A stretch of DNA of 64,000 nucleotides from Candidatus Faecalibacterium gallistercoris (GCA_019116585.1 DXBJ01000013.1:5799-69798); one strand, 5' to 3'; positions 1 to 7,768 are shown, counted from the first letter of the stretch. Program-made: numbers and translations. The notes: a model not told the origin generated them from the letters alone.

Positions 1-285
1 CATGGTTGTTGGCGCGAGTATGACACATTTGACCCCGGCGCCTGTAAGCTGGTGGTAAAGGGTATAGCCGAGGCAGCCAGCCTCATAACCGCATTCAATA
101 GAATAATCATCGCAGAAACCGAGTTTCATCTTCAGGGATTCAATGAAGCAGATGACTTCTTTGTAGTCCGGGGCGACCTGTACTTCCCCGAAGATCCGGT
201 CTTCTGCCCCGATCGTGGGCTCCATTGCACATAAAGTGTAATTTTTACTATGGACATCCATGCCGATTTTGATTATTCTATTCAT
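1..285 (-). CDS. IS110 family transposase, N-terminal 95 aa only (gene runs off the window start)
   Basis: Hand translation of the minus strand from ATG 285..283 (RBS GGAGGC at 291-296) gives MNRIIKIGMDVHSKNYTLCAME...ECGYEAGCLGYTLYHQLTGAGVKCVILAPTTM. The GxDVH and YEAGxxGY..L motifs are typical of the DEDD IS110 N-domain. Absent from the ORF track because it is truncated. Confidence 0.75.
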   Translation of the reverse strand, partial: MNRIIKIGMDVHSKNYTLCAMEPTIGAEDRIFGEVQVAPDYKEVICFIESLKMKLGFCDDYSIECGYEAGCLGYTLYHQLTGAGVKCVILAPTTM

Positions 286-396
286 AGGTGGCCTCCTTTT
301 GTATGCGGTAATCCCTGTTACCATTGTTGTTGTCAAACTCCAGTATACAGGTAAATCCACGTTGCTACAAATGTGGGGTCACTTCATATTATCTAA

Positions 397-426
397 CAGA
401 AAAGGCCCGGAGAAAACTCTGGGCCA
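397..426 (-). terminator. Intrinsic terminator after the repA-like gene
   Basis: Minus strand reads GGCCCAGAG-TTTT-CTCCGGGCC followed by TTTTCTGTT, directly after the stop at 432. Confidence 0.5.
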
Positions 427-431
427 AACTT

Positions 432-1301
432 TTATCCTGTTTTGAAATCGTGCTGCACCCGGGCAGCATAGGAACTGTGCATGGTCATGGGGGCGTTGTA
501 GAGGGTCGCCAACAGATACTGCCGCATATTCCGCACCTGAGTGGTGTTCTCTTTGAGGCACATGAGGACAAACCGCAGATGGTCGCCGTTCAGTTTCATG
601 AGCTGAGCCTTCACCACCTCAGCGGGCTTGTCATCGCCCGCAATACGAATAAATTTGCGCTTGCTGCACACCGTGTCCACCAAAAGATCCAACATCTCCC
701 GCAGCATGTCCTCATCATCGGGATGGCCTGCAATCAGAGCATCGAAGCCAAGCTGCCGGGCAAAATATTCCTGATGCAGGGTGCGGTCATCTTTCCCTTC
801 GGATTCCGTTCCGGCGGCCACGTCCGAAAGGAAAGGATCAGTCTCACTCAAGTCAGTATAGTTCTTATCAGTCTTATTACCGTGTCCTTTCGACACATCA
901 TGAACTGTACTTTGGACACTCACAGAAGTGTCATTCGGACACTTCAAGAAGTTTCCTTCGATGAAGTTCTTCACATAAATCAGGTTGGGCTTTCCAAGCC
1001 CCTGACGCCGGCGCTCAATCAAACCGGCTCCTACTTCCAGTTCGCGCAGAAGGCCGACGGCCTTCTTGTTGCCGCAGGCAAGGCTTTCCATGATTTCTTC
1101 CACTGTGAACACAATATACACCCGGCCTTGCTCATCCAGCCAGTCGTTCCGGGCGGACAGACTCATCCGGTCCAGCAGCAAACCGTAGAGGACTTTGGCG
1201 CCGGTGGAAATACTGCGAAAGGCCGGGTCAGTGAACAGCGCTTTGGGAATACGGTAAAAAGCAAACTGTTCCGCCTGGGGGCCATAAAAGTAGTCGGGCA
1301 T
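432..1301 (-). CDS. Replication initiator protein A (RepA_N-type) of conjugative/integrative elements
   Basis: 289-aa ORF. The N-terminus MPDYFYGPQAEQFAFYRIPKALFTDPAFRSISTGAKVLYGLLLDRMSLS...GRVYIVFT matches the RepA_N pattern seen in Firmicutes ICEs. RBS GGAGG lies upstream. Local GC is low. Confidence 0.7.
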   Translation of the reverse strand: MPDYFYGPQAEQFAFYRIPKALFTDPAFRSISTGAKVLYGLLLDRMSLSARNDWLDEQGRVYIVFTVEEIMESLACGNKKAVGLLRELEVGAGLIERRRQGLGKPNLIYVKNFIEGNFLKCPNDTSVSVQSTVHDVSKGHGNKTDKNYTDLSETDPFLSDVAAGTESEGKDDRTLHQEYFARQLGFDALIAGHPDDEDMLREMLDLLVDTVCSKRKFIRIAGDDKPAEVVKAQLMKLNGDHLRFVLMCLKENTTQVRNMRQYLLATLYNAPMTMHSSYAARVQHDFKTG

Positions 1302-1431
1302 GGCGTCACCTCCTTAATATGGGGGATTGGGGGAGGGGAGAGAATAGAAAAGCACACCTTTCATCCATAGCGAATGACAGGTGTGCTCGGAATTGCTGCT
1401 TTCCAAAATCCTATATACGAGTAGCGGTTTT

Positions 1432-1466
1432 GGTAGGTGACTTTTTTCACCTACCGTTTCACCTAC
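1432..1466. repeat. Iteron/operator-like repeats upstream of repA (GGTAGGTGA / TCACCTACC / TCACCTAC)
   Basis: A perfect 9-bp inverted repeat (1432-1440 and 1447-1455) plus a third direct copy (1459-1466), about 130 bp upstream of the repA start. Confidence 0.4.
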
Positions 1467-1593
1467 GAAGGGGCAGTTTGGAGAGTAAAAGAGGCCAAAA
1501 GATACGTCAAATTATGTGAAGAACGGCCAATAAAACGATATGTAATTTGTAGTTATTGCACAGGAAAAATAGCATTTCAGCACAATGTACTTT

Positions 1594-1638
1594 CTCATAA
1601 CCGCTTGGTCCCGGGTTCAAGTCCTGGCTGGCCCACCA
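1594..1638 (+). tRNA. tRNA 3' fragment (CAU anticodon loop through CCA), not a complete gene; putative att core
   Basis: Reads CTCATAA loop, CCGCT, TGGTC variable region, CCGGG-TTCAAGT-CCTGG T-arm, CTGGCCC acceptor strand, A, CCA. No complementary 5' acceptor strand (GGGCCAG) or D-arm lies upstream. Confidence 0.65.
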
Positions 1639-1644
1639 AACAAG

Positions 1645-1692
1645 AAAAATCCGAACCTTTTTCCTGTAGGAGAAGGGTTCGGATTTTTTGGT
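1645..1692. terminator. Bidirectional intrinsic terminator (tRNA fragment side and crp/fnr side)
   Basis: AAATCCGAACC ... GGTTCGGATTT stem with an A-run before and a T-run after. Confidence 0.7.
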
Positions 1693-1710
1693 TTCTTTGT
1701 TTCTCTGGAT

Positions 1711-2427
1711 TCAGCTCCGTTTCCGGCTGCGGCCGCCGGTCTCGCCCCGGGCCAGCTTTTGCAGCCGGGGCTTGTCCAGGACGGTCAGGCCGCCCCGCCA
1801 CAGCTGGACCAGCCCTTCCTGGGCGAAGTATTTCAGCATCCGGCTGACCACCTCCCGGGCCGAGCCCATATACCGGGCGATCTGGTCGTGGGTCATGCGC
1901 AGGTCGGCCCCGCCGGTCTTGGCCAGCTCGTCGGTCAAAAAGATGGCCAGGCGGCGGTCAGCGCTCATGAACAGGATCTGCTGCATGGCCCACATGGTCT
2001 CGGAGTAGCTCTCGGCGGTCATCTGGTAGGCGTAGCAGCGGACGTAGATGTTCTCGTCCATCACACGCTTGAAGGCGCCGGCGCCGATGCAGTAGGCCTC
2101 CACCGGCTCTTCCGCGTCGATGTGGACGTCGAAGGTGACGGCGTCCAGCACGCAGGAGGCCGATAGGATGCACACATCCCCCGCAAACAGCCGGTACAGG
2201 GTGACGTCCCGGCCGTCCTCGCCCAGCAGGTAGGCCCGCAGCTGGCCCGAGCGCAGCAGCAGGATGCCCACGCAGTTCTCGGTGGGGCTGTGGACGTGGG
2301 CCCCCTTGTCGTAATGGACCGGCCGGGCGAACCGGCACAGAAAAACCTGCTGCGCATCGGTCAGCTTGTCCCAGAAGGGGAAGCTGCAGGCAAGGCAGCC
2401 TTTGTCCGCCGCCTCCTTACGCTCCAT
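1711..2427 (-). CDS. Crp/Fnr family transcriptional regulator
   Basis: Has a cNMP-binding-like beta-roll region and a C-terminal HTH (THDQIARYMGSAREVVSRMLKYF). Start chosen at MERKEAADKG (ATG 2427), which overlaps the upstream gene stop by 11 nt. The N-terminus has a CxxC (GCLACS). Confidence 0.8.
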   Translation of the reverse strand: MERKEAADKGCLACSFPFWDKLTDAQQVFLCRFARPVHYDKGAHVHSPTENCVGILLLRSGQLRAYLLGEDGRDVTLYRLFAGDVCILSASCVLDAVTFDVHIDAEEPVEAYCIGAGAFKRVMDENIYVRCYAYQMTAESYSETMWAMQQILFMSADRRLAIFLTDELAKTGGADLRMTHDQIARYMGSAREVVSRMLKYFAQEGLVQLWRGGLTVLDKPRLQKLARGETGGRSRKRS

Positions 2428-3295
2428 AAAAACCACCCTTCCGCAGGGCTTTGGCGGCCTCGCTGCCCGCCATGGCCCCTTCGTACACCGCTTTGGCCAC
2501 CTGCAGCAGCCCGCCGGTGCAGTCGCCCGCGGCAAACAGCCCGGGGACGGTGGTCATCATGTGCTCGTCCACCACGATCCGATTGCCGTCCACTTCGGCC
2601 CCCATCTTGCGGGCCAGGGCGGTGCTGCCCGCCACCCCCAGAGCTACGAATACGCCGTCCAGCGGCAGCTCTCTGCCGCCGGCCAGCCGGACGCCGGTGA
2701 CTTTGCCGGCCTCCTCGCCCAGGATGGCCTCCACCTTTTCGGTGCAGAGGGCGATCTCAGGGGGGAACTCCGCCGTCAGGGGAGCCCCGCCGGTGAGCAG
2801 GGTGACGCTTTTGGCCAGGGGCAGCAGGGCGGACGCCTCGTGCAGGGCATATTCGCCGCTGCCCAGGACGGCCACGTCCTTGCCGCGGTAGAAAAAGGCG
2901 TCGCAGGTGGCGCAGTAGCCCACGCCGTGGCCCTCCAGGGCCTTCAGGCCGGGGATGGGGGGCGCGGCACGGGAAGCGCCGGTGGCCAGGATGACGGCGT
3001 CGGCAGGGTAATCCCCCGACAGGGTCTCCACCGTCAGCTTGTCGGTAAAGGTCAGGCCCACGGCCTCCGCCTCCACGAACTGCACCCCCACGGCTTTGGC
3101 GCCCTCGATGCCCCGGCGCTCCAGCTCGGCCCCCGAGACGGGGCCGGGCACGCCGTAGTAGTTCTCGATGCCCTCGGCCCGGGCCAGTGCGCCGGGCCCA
3201 CGGGTCAGGACGGTGGTGTCGATGCCGGCCCGCGCCGTATACAGGGCGGCGGACACCCCCGCCGGCCCCGAACCAATGATTACAACCTTTGCCAT
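2417..3295 (-). CDS. trxB: Thioredoxin-disulfide reductase-like FAD/NAD(P) oxidoreductase
   Basis: Has GSGPAG FAD motif, redox-active CATCD motif, second dinucleotide fold GSGEYA, and C-terminal GDC. 292 aa. Confidence 0.8.
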   Translation of the reverse strand: MAKVVIIGSGPAGVSAALYTARAGIDTTVLTRGPGALARAEGIENYYGVPGPVSGAELERRGIEGAKAVGVQFVEAEAVGLTFTDKLTVETLSGDYPADAVILATGASRAAPPIPGLKALEGHGVGYCATCDAFFYRGKDVAVLGSGEYALHEASALLPLAKSVTLLTGGAPLTAEFPPEIALCTEKVEAILGEEAGKVTGVRLAGGRELPLDGVFVALGVAGSTALARKMGAEVDGNRIVVDEHMMTTVPGLFAAGDCTGGLLQVAKAVYEGAMAGSEAAKALRKGGFYGA

Positions 3296-3341
3296 AGCGC
3301 TTTCCTCCCGTGTCGTTCCGTTTTGTCTTTCTTACAGTATC

Positions 3342-4496
3342 TCACATTTCGGCGCCGGATTCCGTGACCGGCTTACAAAGCCTCGGCTCGGCCCAGGCCA
3401 GCAGCTCCCGGACCGACGCGGCGTCGCCGGCGTAGGGCCAGGCCGCCAGCATTTTGTCCAGGGCTCTGCGCCGCCGGGCGGCTTCCTCCGTTTTGCCGGC
3501 GGCCAGCGCCTCCCCGTAGAGGACCAGCGCCATGCCGGGATGCGACTTCATCTGCTTGAGGAAGGCCCGCAGCTGTTTTTCCTGCAGGGCGGCCAGGCCG
3601 GCCTCGGTCTGGCCCTCCGTCAGCTGGAAAAACGCCTGATCCACCTCAAGGGAATACCGGTGGACCGCCGCCAGCCGGGCCTCGCTCCCCAGCAGCCTGG
3701 CCCGGAGGGCGGCGGCGTCCTCATACCGCCCTTCGTCCAACAGGCGGCTGTAGCGGCAGACCCACACCGCCCCTTTCAGGGGGTCGTCGGGGCCGGCGCC
3801 GCCCGGCAGCTCGAACCATTCGGCGGGCAGGTCCTTCAGCCGCCGGCCCTCGATCTGGGCCGCGTTGATGGCCAGCTGGGCCCAGATGGCCCGCTGGGCG
3901 GCTTTGTCCCCCCGCAGGCAGAGGGCGTTGTAGCCGTCGTTGGGCATCCCCTGGATCTTCAGCGGGATGCCGTTGACAAGGCCCAGGTACAGCCCCAGCA
4001 TCGCCCAGACCCCCCAAAGCCCGGCGGCCAGAGGCGTTTTCTGCCAGCACAGACATGCCCCCAGCCCGCAGAGGGCCGCCGACAGCAGGTTGGCCGCCGG
4101 CCCGCCCAGATTGTACAGCAGGGAAGGGAAACCCTCCTCCCGCCAGGGGGGCGGGGCCAGCAGGCACTGGCCCCCGGTGCCCGCCAGCTGGTAGCGGCAG
4201 AACTGCAGTCTGCCGTCCTTTTTCAGCAGCATGACGCTGCCGATGCGGAAGGACACGAACCCGTACCCGGTGGCGAGCCCCGCCGCCAGGTGCCCGCCCT
4301 CGTGCAGGACGATCTGGACCAGGACGCCCACCGCAGCCGCCGCCAGCAGGACCAGCAGCTGCCAGCCCGCCAGATCCGCATGGTCCGCCATCCAGGCGCC
4401 CAGCCACCCCGCCCCAAAGCCCAGGGCCATCATCAGCAGGACGGTCAGGACGGCGGCAGGGGAGGGGAGTCTGCGTTTTTTGTTCGGTCGGTTCAT
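3342..4496 (-). CDS. Membrane zinc metallopeptidase, M50/site-2-protease-like, with helical-repeat C-terminal domain
   Basis: HEGGH motif in a TM helix plus a downstream NGIPLKIQGMPNDG (NxxPxxxxDG-like) motif. Multiple hydrophobic segments. Confidence 0.55.
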   Translation of the reverse strand: MNRPNKKRRLPSPAAVLTVLLMMALGFGAGWLGAWMADHADLAGWQLLVLLAAAAVGVLVQIVLHEGGHLAAGLATGYGFVSFRIGSVMLLKKDGRLQFCRYQLAGTGGQCLLAPPPWREEGFPSLLYNLGGPAANLLSAALCGLGACLCWQKTPLAAGLWGVWAMLGLYLGLVNGIPLKIQGMPNDGYNALCLRGDKAAQRAIWAQLAINAAQIEGRRLKDLPAEWFELPGGAGPDDPLKGAVWVCRYSRLLDEGRYEDAAALRARLLGSEARLAAVHRYSLEVDQAFFQLTEGQTEAGLAALQEKQLRAFLKQMKSHPGMALVLYGEALAAGKTEEAARRRRALDKMLAAWPYAGDAASVRELLAWAEPRLCKPVTESGAEM

Positions 4497-4625
4497 AGCG
4501 GCCTCCTTTGAAAACGATCTTGTCTGCCCCCATCATACCGCACCCCGCCCCAAAAAGCAAGGGAGGGCATTTCCCGGGGAAAGGTTTTGTGCTATACTGG
4601 GGTGGAATCATCCAAGGAGGCCCGT

Positions 4626-5633
4626 ATGAACAAGAAAAAGATCCTCTTCATCACCACCGGCGGCACCATCGCCAGCGTGCGCACCCCCCAGGGGCTGCGG
4701 CCGGTGCTGTCCAGCGAGGAGCTGCTGGCCCATATGCCGGCCCTGGCCCAGCTGTGCCAGCCGGACACCCTGGCCCTGTGCAGCATCGACAGCACCGACA
4801 TGAGCCCGGCCCTGTGGCTGGACATGGCCCGGGCCATCGAACAAAATTACAGCCGCTACGATGGTTTCATCCTCTGCCACGGCACCGACACCCTGGCCTA
4901 TACGGCGGCAGCCCTGAGCTACCTGGTGCAGAACGCCGACAAGCCCATCATCCTGACCGGCGCCCAGCAGCCCATCTCCGGCGAGATCACCGACGCCAAA
5001 AAGAACCTGTGGGACAGCGTCCTGTGCGCCCTGGACTCCGGCAGCCGGGGGGTGATGGTGGTGTTTGGGGGGTTCGTGATCGCGGGCACCCGGGCCAAAA
5101 AGAACAAAACCATCAGCTACGACGCCTTTGCGTCGGTCAATTTCCCCCATCTGGCCCAGGTGCAGGGGGACCGGCTGGTGCGCTACATCGAGACGCCGCC
5201 CCCCGCGGGGCCGGTGCAGTTCAGCCACGGGCTGGACGAAAAGGTCTTTCTGCTCAAGCTGACGCCGGGGATGGGCCCCGGCCTGCTGGGCGAGATCTTC
5301 CGCCTGTACGACTGCGTCATCGTGGAGAGCTTCGGGGCAGGGGGGCTGCCCCAGTCCCTGATGGAGGGCTTTGCCCGGTGCCTTGGGCGCTACGAGGAGA
5401 CCCGCAAGGTGCTGATCCTGACCACCCAGGTGACCTACGAGGGCAGCGACGCCGGCATCTACGAGGTGGGCCGCCGGGTAAAAGACCGCTTCGATTTTCT
5501 GGAGGCGCACGATATGACCATAGAAGCCGCTGTGACCAAAAGCATGTGGCTCCTGTCCCAGCCCTGCGCCGGCTTTGCGGAGCTGCAGCGCCGGTTTTAC
5601 CAGCGGATCAACTTCGACACCTTTTTTCACTGA
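4626..5633 (+). CDS. ansA: L-asparaginase, type I
   Basis: KKILFITTGGTIAS threonine-active-site motif and HGTDT motif. AAGGAGG RBS before ATG 4626 (the ORF-track start at 4587 is less likely). Confidence 0.85.
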   Translation: MNKKKILFITTGGTIASVRTPQGLRPVLSSEELLAHMPALAQLCQPDTLALCSIDSTDMSPALWLDMARAIEQNYSRYDGFILCHGTDTLAYTAAALSYLVQNADKPIILTGAQQPISGEITDAKKNLWDSVLCALDSGSRGVMVVFGGFVIAGTRAKKNKTISYDAFASVNFPHLAQVQGDRLVRYIETPPPAGPVQFSHGLDEKVFLLKLTPGMGPGLLGEIFRLYDCVIVESFGAGGLPQSLMEGFARCLGRYEETRKVLILTTQVTYEGSDAGIYEVGRRVKDRFDFLEAHDMTIEAAVTKSMWLLSQPCAGFAELQRRFYQRINFDTFFH

Positions 5634-5648
5634 GAGGGGGCGGGGCGG

Positions 5649-6413
5649 ATGCCATCCTGTTCGCCGTTCTGGTATACGGTCGACACCATGCAGGCGCTGC
5701 ATGGGTACGACTACCACGCGTTTGAGCTGTTCGGCCCGGTGCACCTGTTCTGGCTGGGGCTGTGCGCCTTTTTGTGCGCCGGGGGCTCGGTCCTGTTCCG
5801 CCGCCTGGGGCCGGCGGGCCGGCAGCGGGTGCTCCGTGTGCTGACCCTCCTGCTGCTGGCCGACGAGCTGCTGAAGGACGTCTCCTCCCTGGCCACGGGG
5901 CAGTTCGTGTGGGCTTTTCTGCCGTTCCATTTGTGCAGCATCAACCTGTTCGTCTGCGTCTGGTACGCCCTGCGCCCCCACACTCTGGCCGCCGAAGTGC
6001 TCTACGCCCTCTGCCTGCCCGGCGCGGCGGCGGCCCTGCTTTTCCCCTCCTGGCAGGCCCTGCCCTTGTGGAACGTCATGCACCTGCACTCCAGCACCGT
6101 CCACACCATGCTGGTGCTGTTCCCGGTGCTGCTGCTGGCGGGAGGCTTCCGCCCCGACGTCCGCCGCCTGCCCAAGGTATGCGCCGTCTTTGGCCTGGAC
6201 CTGCTGGCCGCCGCCCTGGTCAACCACCTGTGCGGCACCAATTTCATGTTCCTGCGCGGCTCTTACGGCAACGCCGCCCTCGGCCTGATCGAGCAGGTCT
6301 TTGGCGCCGGCCCGGGCTACCTGGCCGGGCTGGCCCTGATCGTCTGCGCCGTCTGGGCGGCGCTGTACGCGCCGTGGGTCTTCGCCGGATGGAGGAGCAA
6401 GAAAAGGCATTGA
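5649..6413 (+). CDS. Integral membrane protein, YwaF/TMEM164-like (TIGR02206-type)
   Basis: Polytopic hydrophobic protein with a FHLCSINLF segment typical of that family. Start uncertain (alternative M at 5688). Confidence 0.45.
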   Translation: MPSCSPFWYTVDTMQALHGYDYHAFELFGPVHLFWLGLCAFLCAGGSVLFRRLGPAGRQRVLRVLTLLLLADELLKDVSSLATGQFVWAFLPFHLCSINLFVCVWYALRPHTLAAEVLYALCLPGAAAALLFPSWQALPLWNVMHLHSSTVHTMLVLFPVLLLAGGFRPDVRRLPKVCAVFGLDLLAAALVNHLCGTNFMFLRGSYGNAALGLIEQVFGAGPGYLAGLALIVCAVWAALYAPWVFAGWRSKKRH

Positions 6414-6423
6414 ATCGTTGTTA

Positions 6424-6474
6424 AAACGGCCCCTTTTGCTGTACGGTTTCAGCAGAAGGGGCCGTTTCCCGTTT
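6424..6474 (+). terminator. Intrinsic terminator after the ywaF-like gene
   Basis: AACGGCCCCTT ... AAGGGGCCGTT stem followed by a T-rich tail. Confidence 0.6.
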
Positions 6475-6548
6475 GAAGCCCCCTCGGGGGGCGCGCCCGC
6501 AGGGCGCAGGGGGTACATCTATGGGCGGCGGGTGGGATTCGATCAAAA

Positions 6549-6787
6549 CAATGCGGGGGCCAGCCTTTACAGCCGACCCCCGCAGAGGGACCCTATCTTT
6601 CGTGACGCAAAAGTTCTTTTGTTTTGGTGCGATCAACAACAGAAGGAATAATTGGTGTTTTACTCCTTATTTGTCGTCACAGTAAAGGGTGGTGCCAAAC
6701 CGATAAGCGTCTCTAGGACTTACCGGCTCCTATATCAATCCCAGTATGGTGCAGCCGGGACCGTTATAAGTAGATTCAACGAGGCAA
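6549..6787 (-). ncRNA. Unclassified structured RNA-like element, copy A (paralog of 14006-14290)
   Basis: Shares a ~65-nt near-identical core (6584-6648) with copy B. Three hairpins (6553-6583, 6700-6726, 6736-6763) keep pairing between copies through compensatory changes. G-U wobbles exist only on the minus strand. Confidence 0.6.
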
Positions 6788-6793
6788 CGCTTC

Positions 6794-7441
6794 TCATTTG
6801 TCGTTATTGGTCACTTTGGTGGGGGTCTGAGTCATAGTAAAAGCAACAACATAACTCTCGAAATCACCGCTCAGGTTAGTGACCTTGGTGCAAGCAATGC
6901 TACCGGTATAAGCATAACGGTAGGGAACACCCTCCTCACCAACAGCAGGCATATATTTGCCCTGAATCAGACCGTCGACATAATCAGCAACAAACTCCGC
7001 AACACCTTCTTCAGTGTAGCTGCCATCAACAACAAAAATGTCAGCGGCAGTGGTCACAGAAGTAGCCGTATCCCAAAAAAGTTCCTTGCCAAACACCATG
7101 CTGTTGTCACGGTCAATACCCAGCAGGTGACGCATATCCCTAGCGTCAGTCACAAAGACATGGCCTGCGCCCATATTAAAGGTCATCAGGTTCCAACTGT
7201 CGATGGTAGGTGCAACCTTTGCCAGGACACCATTCAAGGTAGCATCATTGGTAAAGGTAATAACATTCTTCTGCTCATCACTCAGCAAGTCGTTAACAGA
7301 AGCAGCAAAAGTATCATCAACGGGATCAACAACAGGGGGAACTTCCTCCTCGTTGCCATTGCTTGCAGTGTCACAAGCGGTCAGCATGCTGACGGCCATG
7401 ATGCCGGCCAGCATCAGAGAAGCAATCTTCTTGAGTTTCAT
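6794..7441 (-). CDS. Hypothetical lipoprotein (low-GC gene)
   Basis: Signal peptide with lipobox MKLKKIASLMLAGIMAVSMLTAC. AAGGAGG RBS. GC content is clearly below that of the neighbours. Confidence 0.7.
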   Translation of the reverse strand: MKLKKIASLMLAGIMAVSMLTACDTASNGNEEEVPPVVDPVDDTFAASVNDLLSDEQKNVITFTNDATLNGVLAKVAPTIDSWNLMTFNMGAGHVFVTDARDMRHLLGIDRDNSMVFGKELFWDTATSVTTAADIFVVDGSYTEEGVAEFVADYVDGLIQGKYMPAVGEEGVPYRYAYTGSIACTKVTNLSGDFESYVVAFTMTQTPTKVTNNDK

Positions 7442-7521
7442 AATGATTTTTTCCTCCTTATGGTGTATAAAAGATAGAGACCCAAAACAGGCTGAAAGGA
7501 AGGTCCTTTCCTTTCAAAGGC

Positions 7522-7547
7522 ATTATAGCATACCCCCCCGGTGTCAA
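7522..7547 (-). promoter_or_regulatory. Putative promoter of the lipoprotein gene (extended -10)
   Basis: Minus strand reads TTGACA-N14-TGCTATAAT. The spacer is short, so activity would rely on the TGnTATAAT extended -10. Confidence 0.4.
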
Positions 7548-7742
7548 GGCCCGATTTACTATTTTTTGGTTTTTGCTTTCTTTTCGTTACTTTGGGAGGA
7601 AGTGTGAAGTGTATGTTTGGATTGTTTATGCGGTGATTTTGTATGTTTATTCTTTTTGTGTTGGTGCGTCGGGTCAGCTTTGCGCTCCCCTCTCCGTCCC
7701 AGCGCAGAGTGCTGGGACACCGCAAAGCGCCTGAGATAGGAG

Positions 7743-7768
7743 CAAAAAAGCGCCCGTTTCCGGGCGCC
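7743..7768 (-). terminator. Intrinsic terminator (second of two after marR)
   Basis: Minus strand reads GGCGCCCGGAAACGGGCGC followed by TTTTTTGC. Confidence 0.6.

Larger units (their letters stand above)
1..1638. mobile_element. Right-hand end of an integrated mobile element (ICE/IME-like); continues beyond the window start
   Basis: GC content is visibly lower than the ~65% of the rest of the window. Carries an IS110-type transposase and a RepA_N-type initiator. Ends at a 45-nt tRNA 3' fragment, as expected for an att duplication. Confidence 0.6.

Noticed and set aside
324-1370. 348-aa plus-strand ORF overlapping repA
   Set aside because: It is antisense to the repA-like gene, which has a clear family signature and RBS. 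The plus-strand translation has no recognisable features.
1520-1638. Complete tRNA gene
   Set aside because: Only the anticodon loop, variable region, T-arm and 3' acceptor strand are present. No complementary 5' acceptor strand or D-arm exists in the upstream 80 nt.
6684-6712. T-box-like motif AAAGGGTGGTGCCAAACCG on the plus strand inside the repeated element (with a similar ATGGGTGTGTACCCGGG in copy B)
   Set aside because: The helices of the element carry G-U wobbles that pair only on the minus strand. No plus-strand gene follows either copy. No specifier loop or stem I features are visible. Judged a chance resemblance.
6549-7441. Diversity-generating retroelement (TR/VR) idea for the repeat next to the 3' end of the lipoprotein gene
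   Set aside because: The repeat lies outside the coding sequence. Differences between copies are not adenine-specific. No reverse transcriptase is present in the window.
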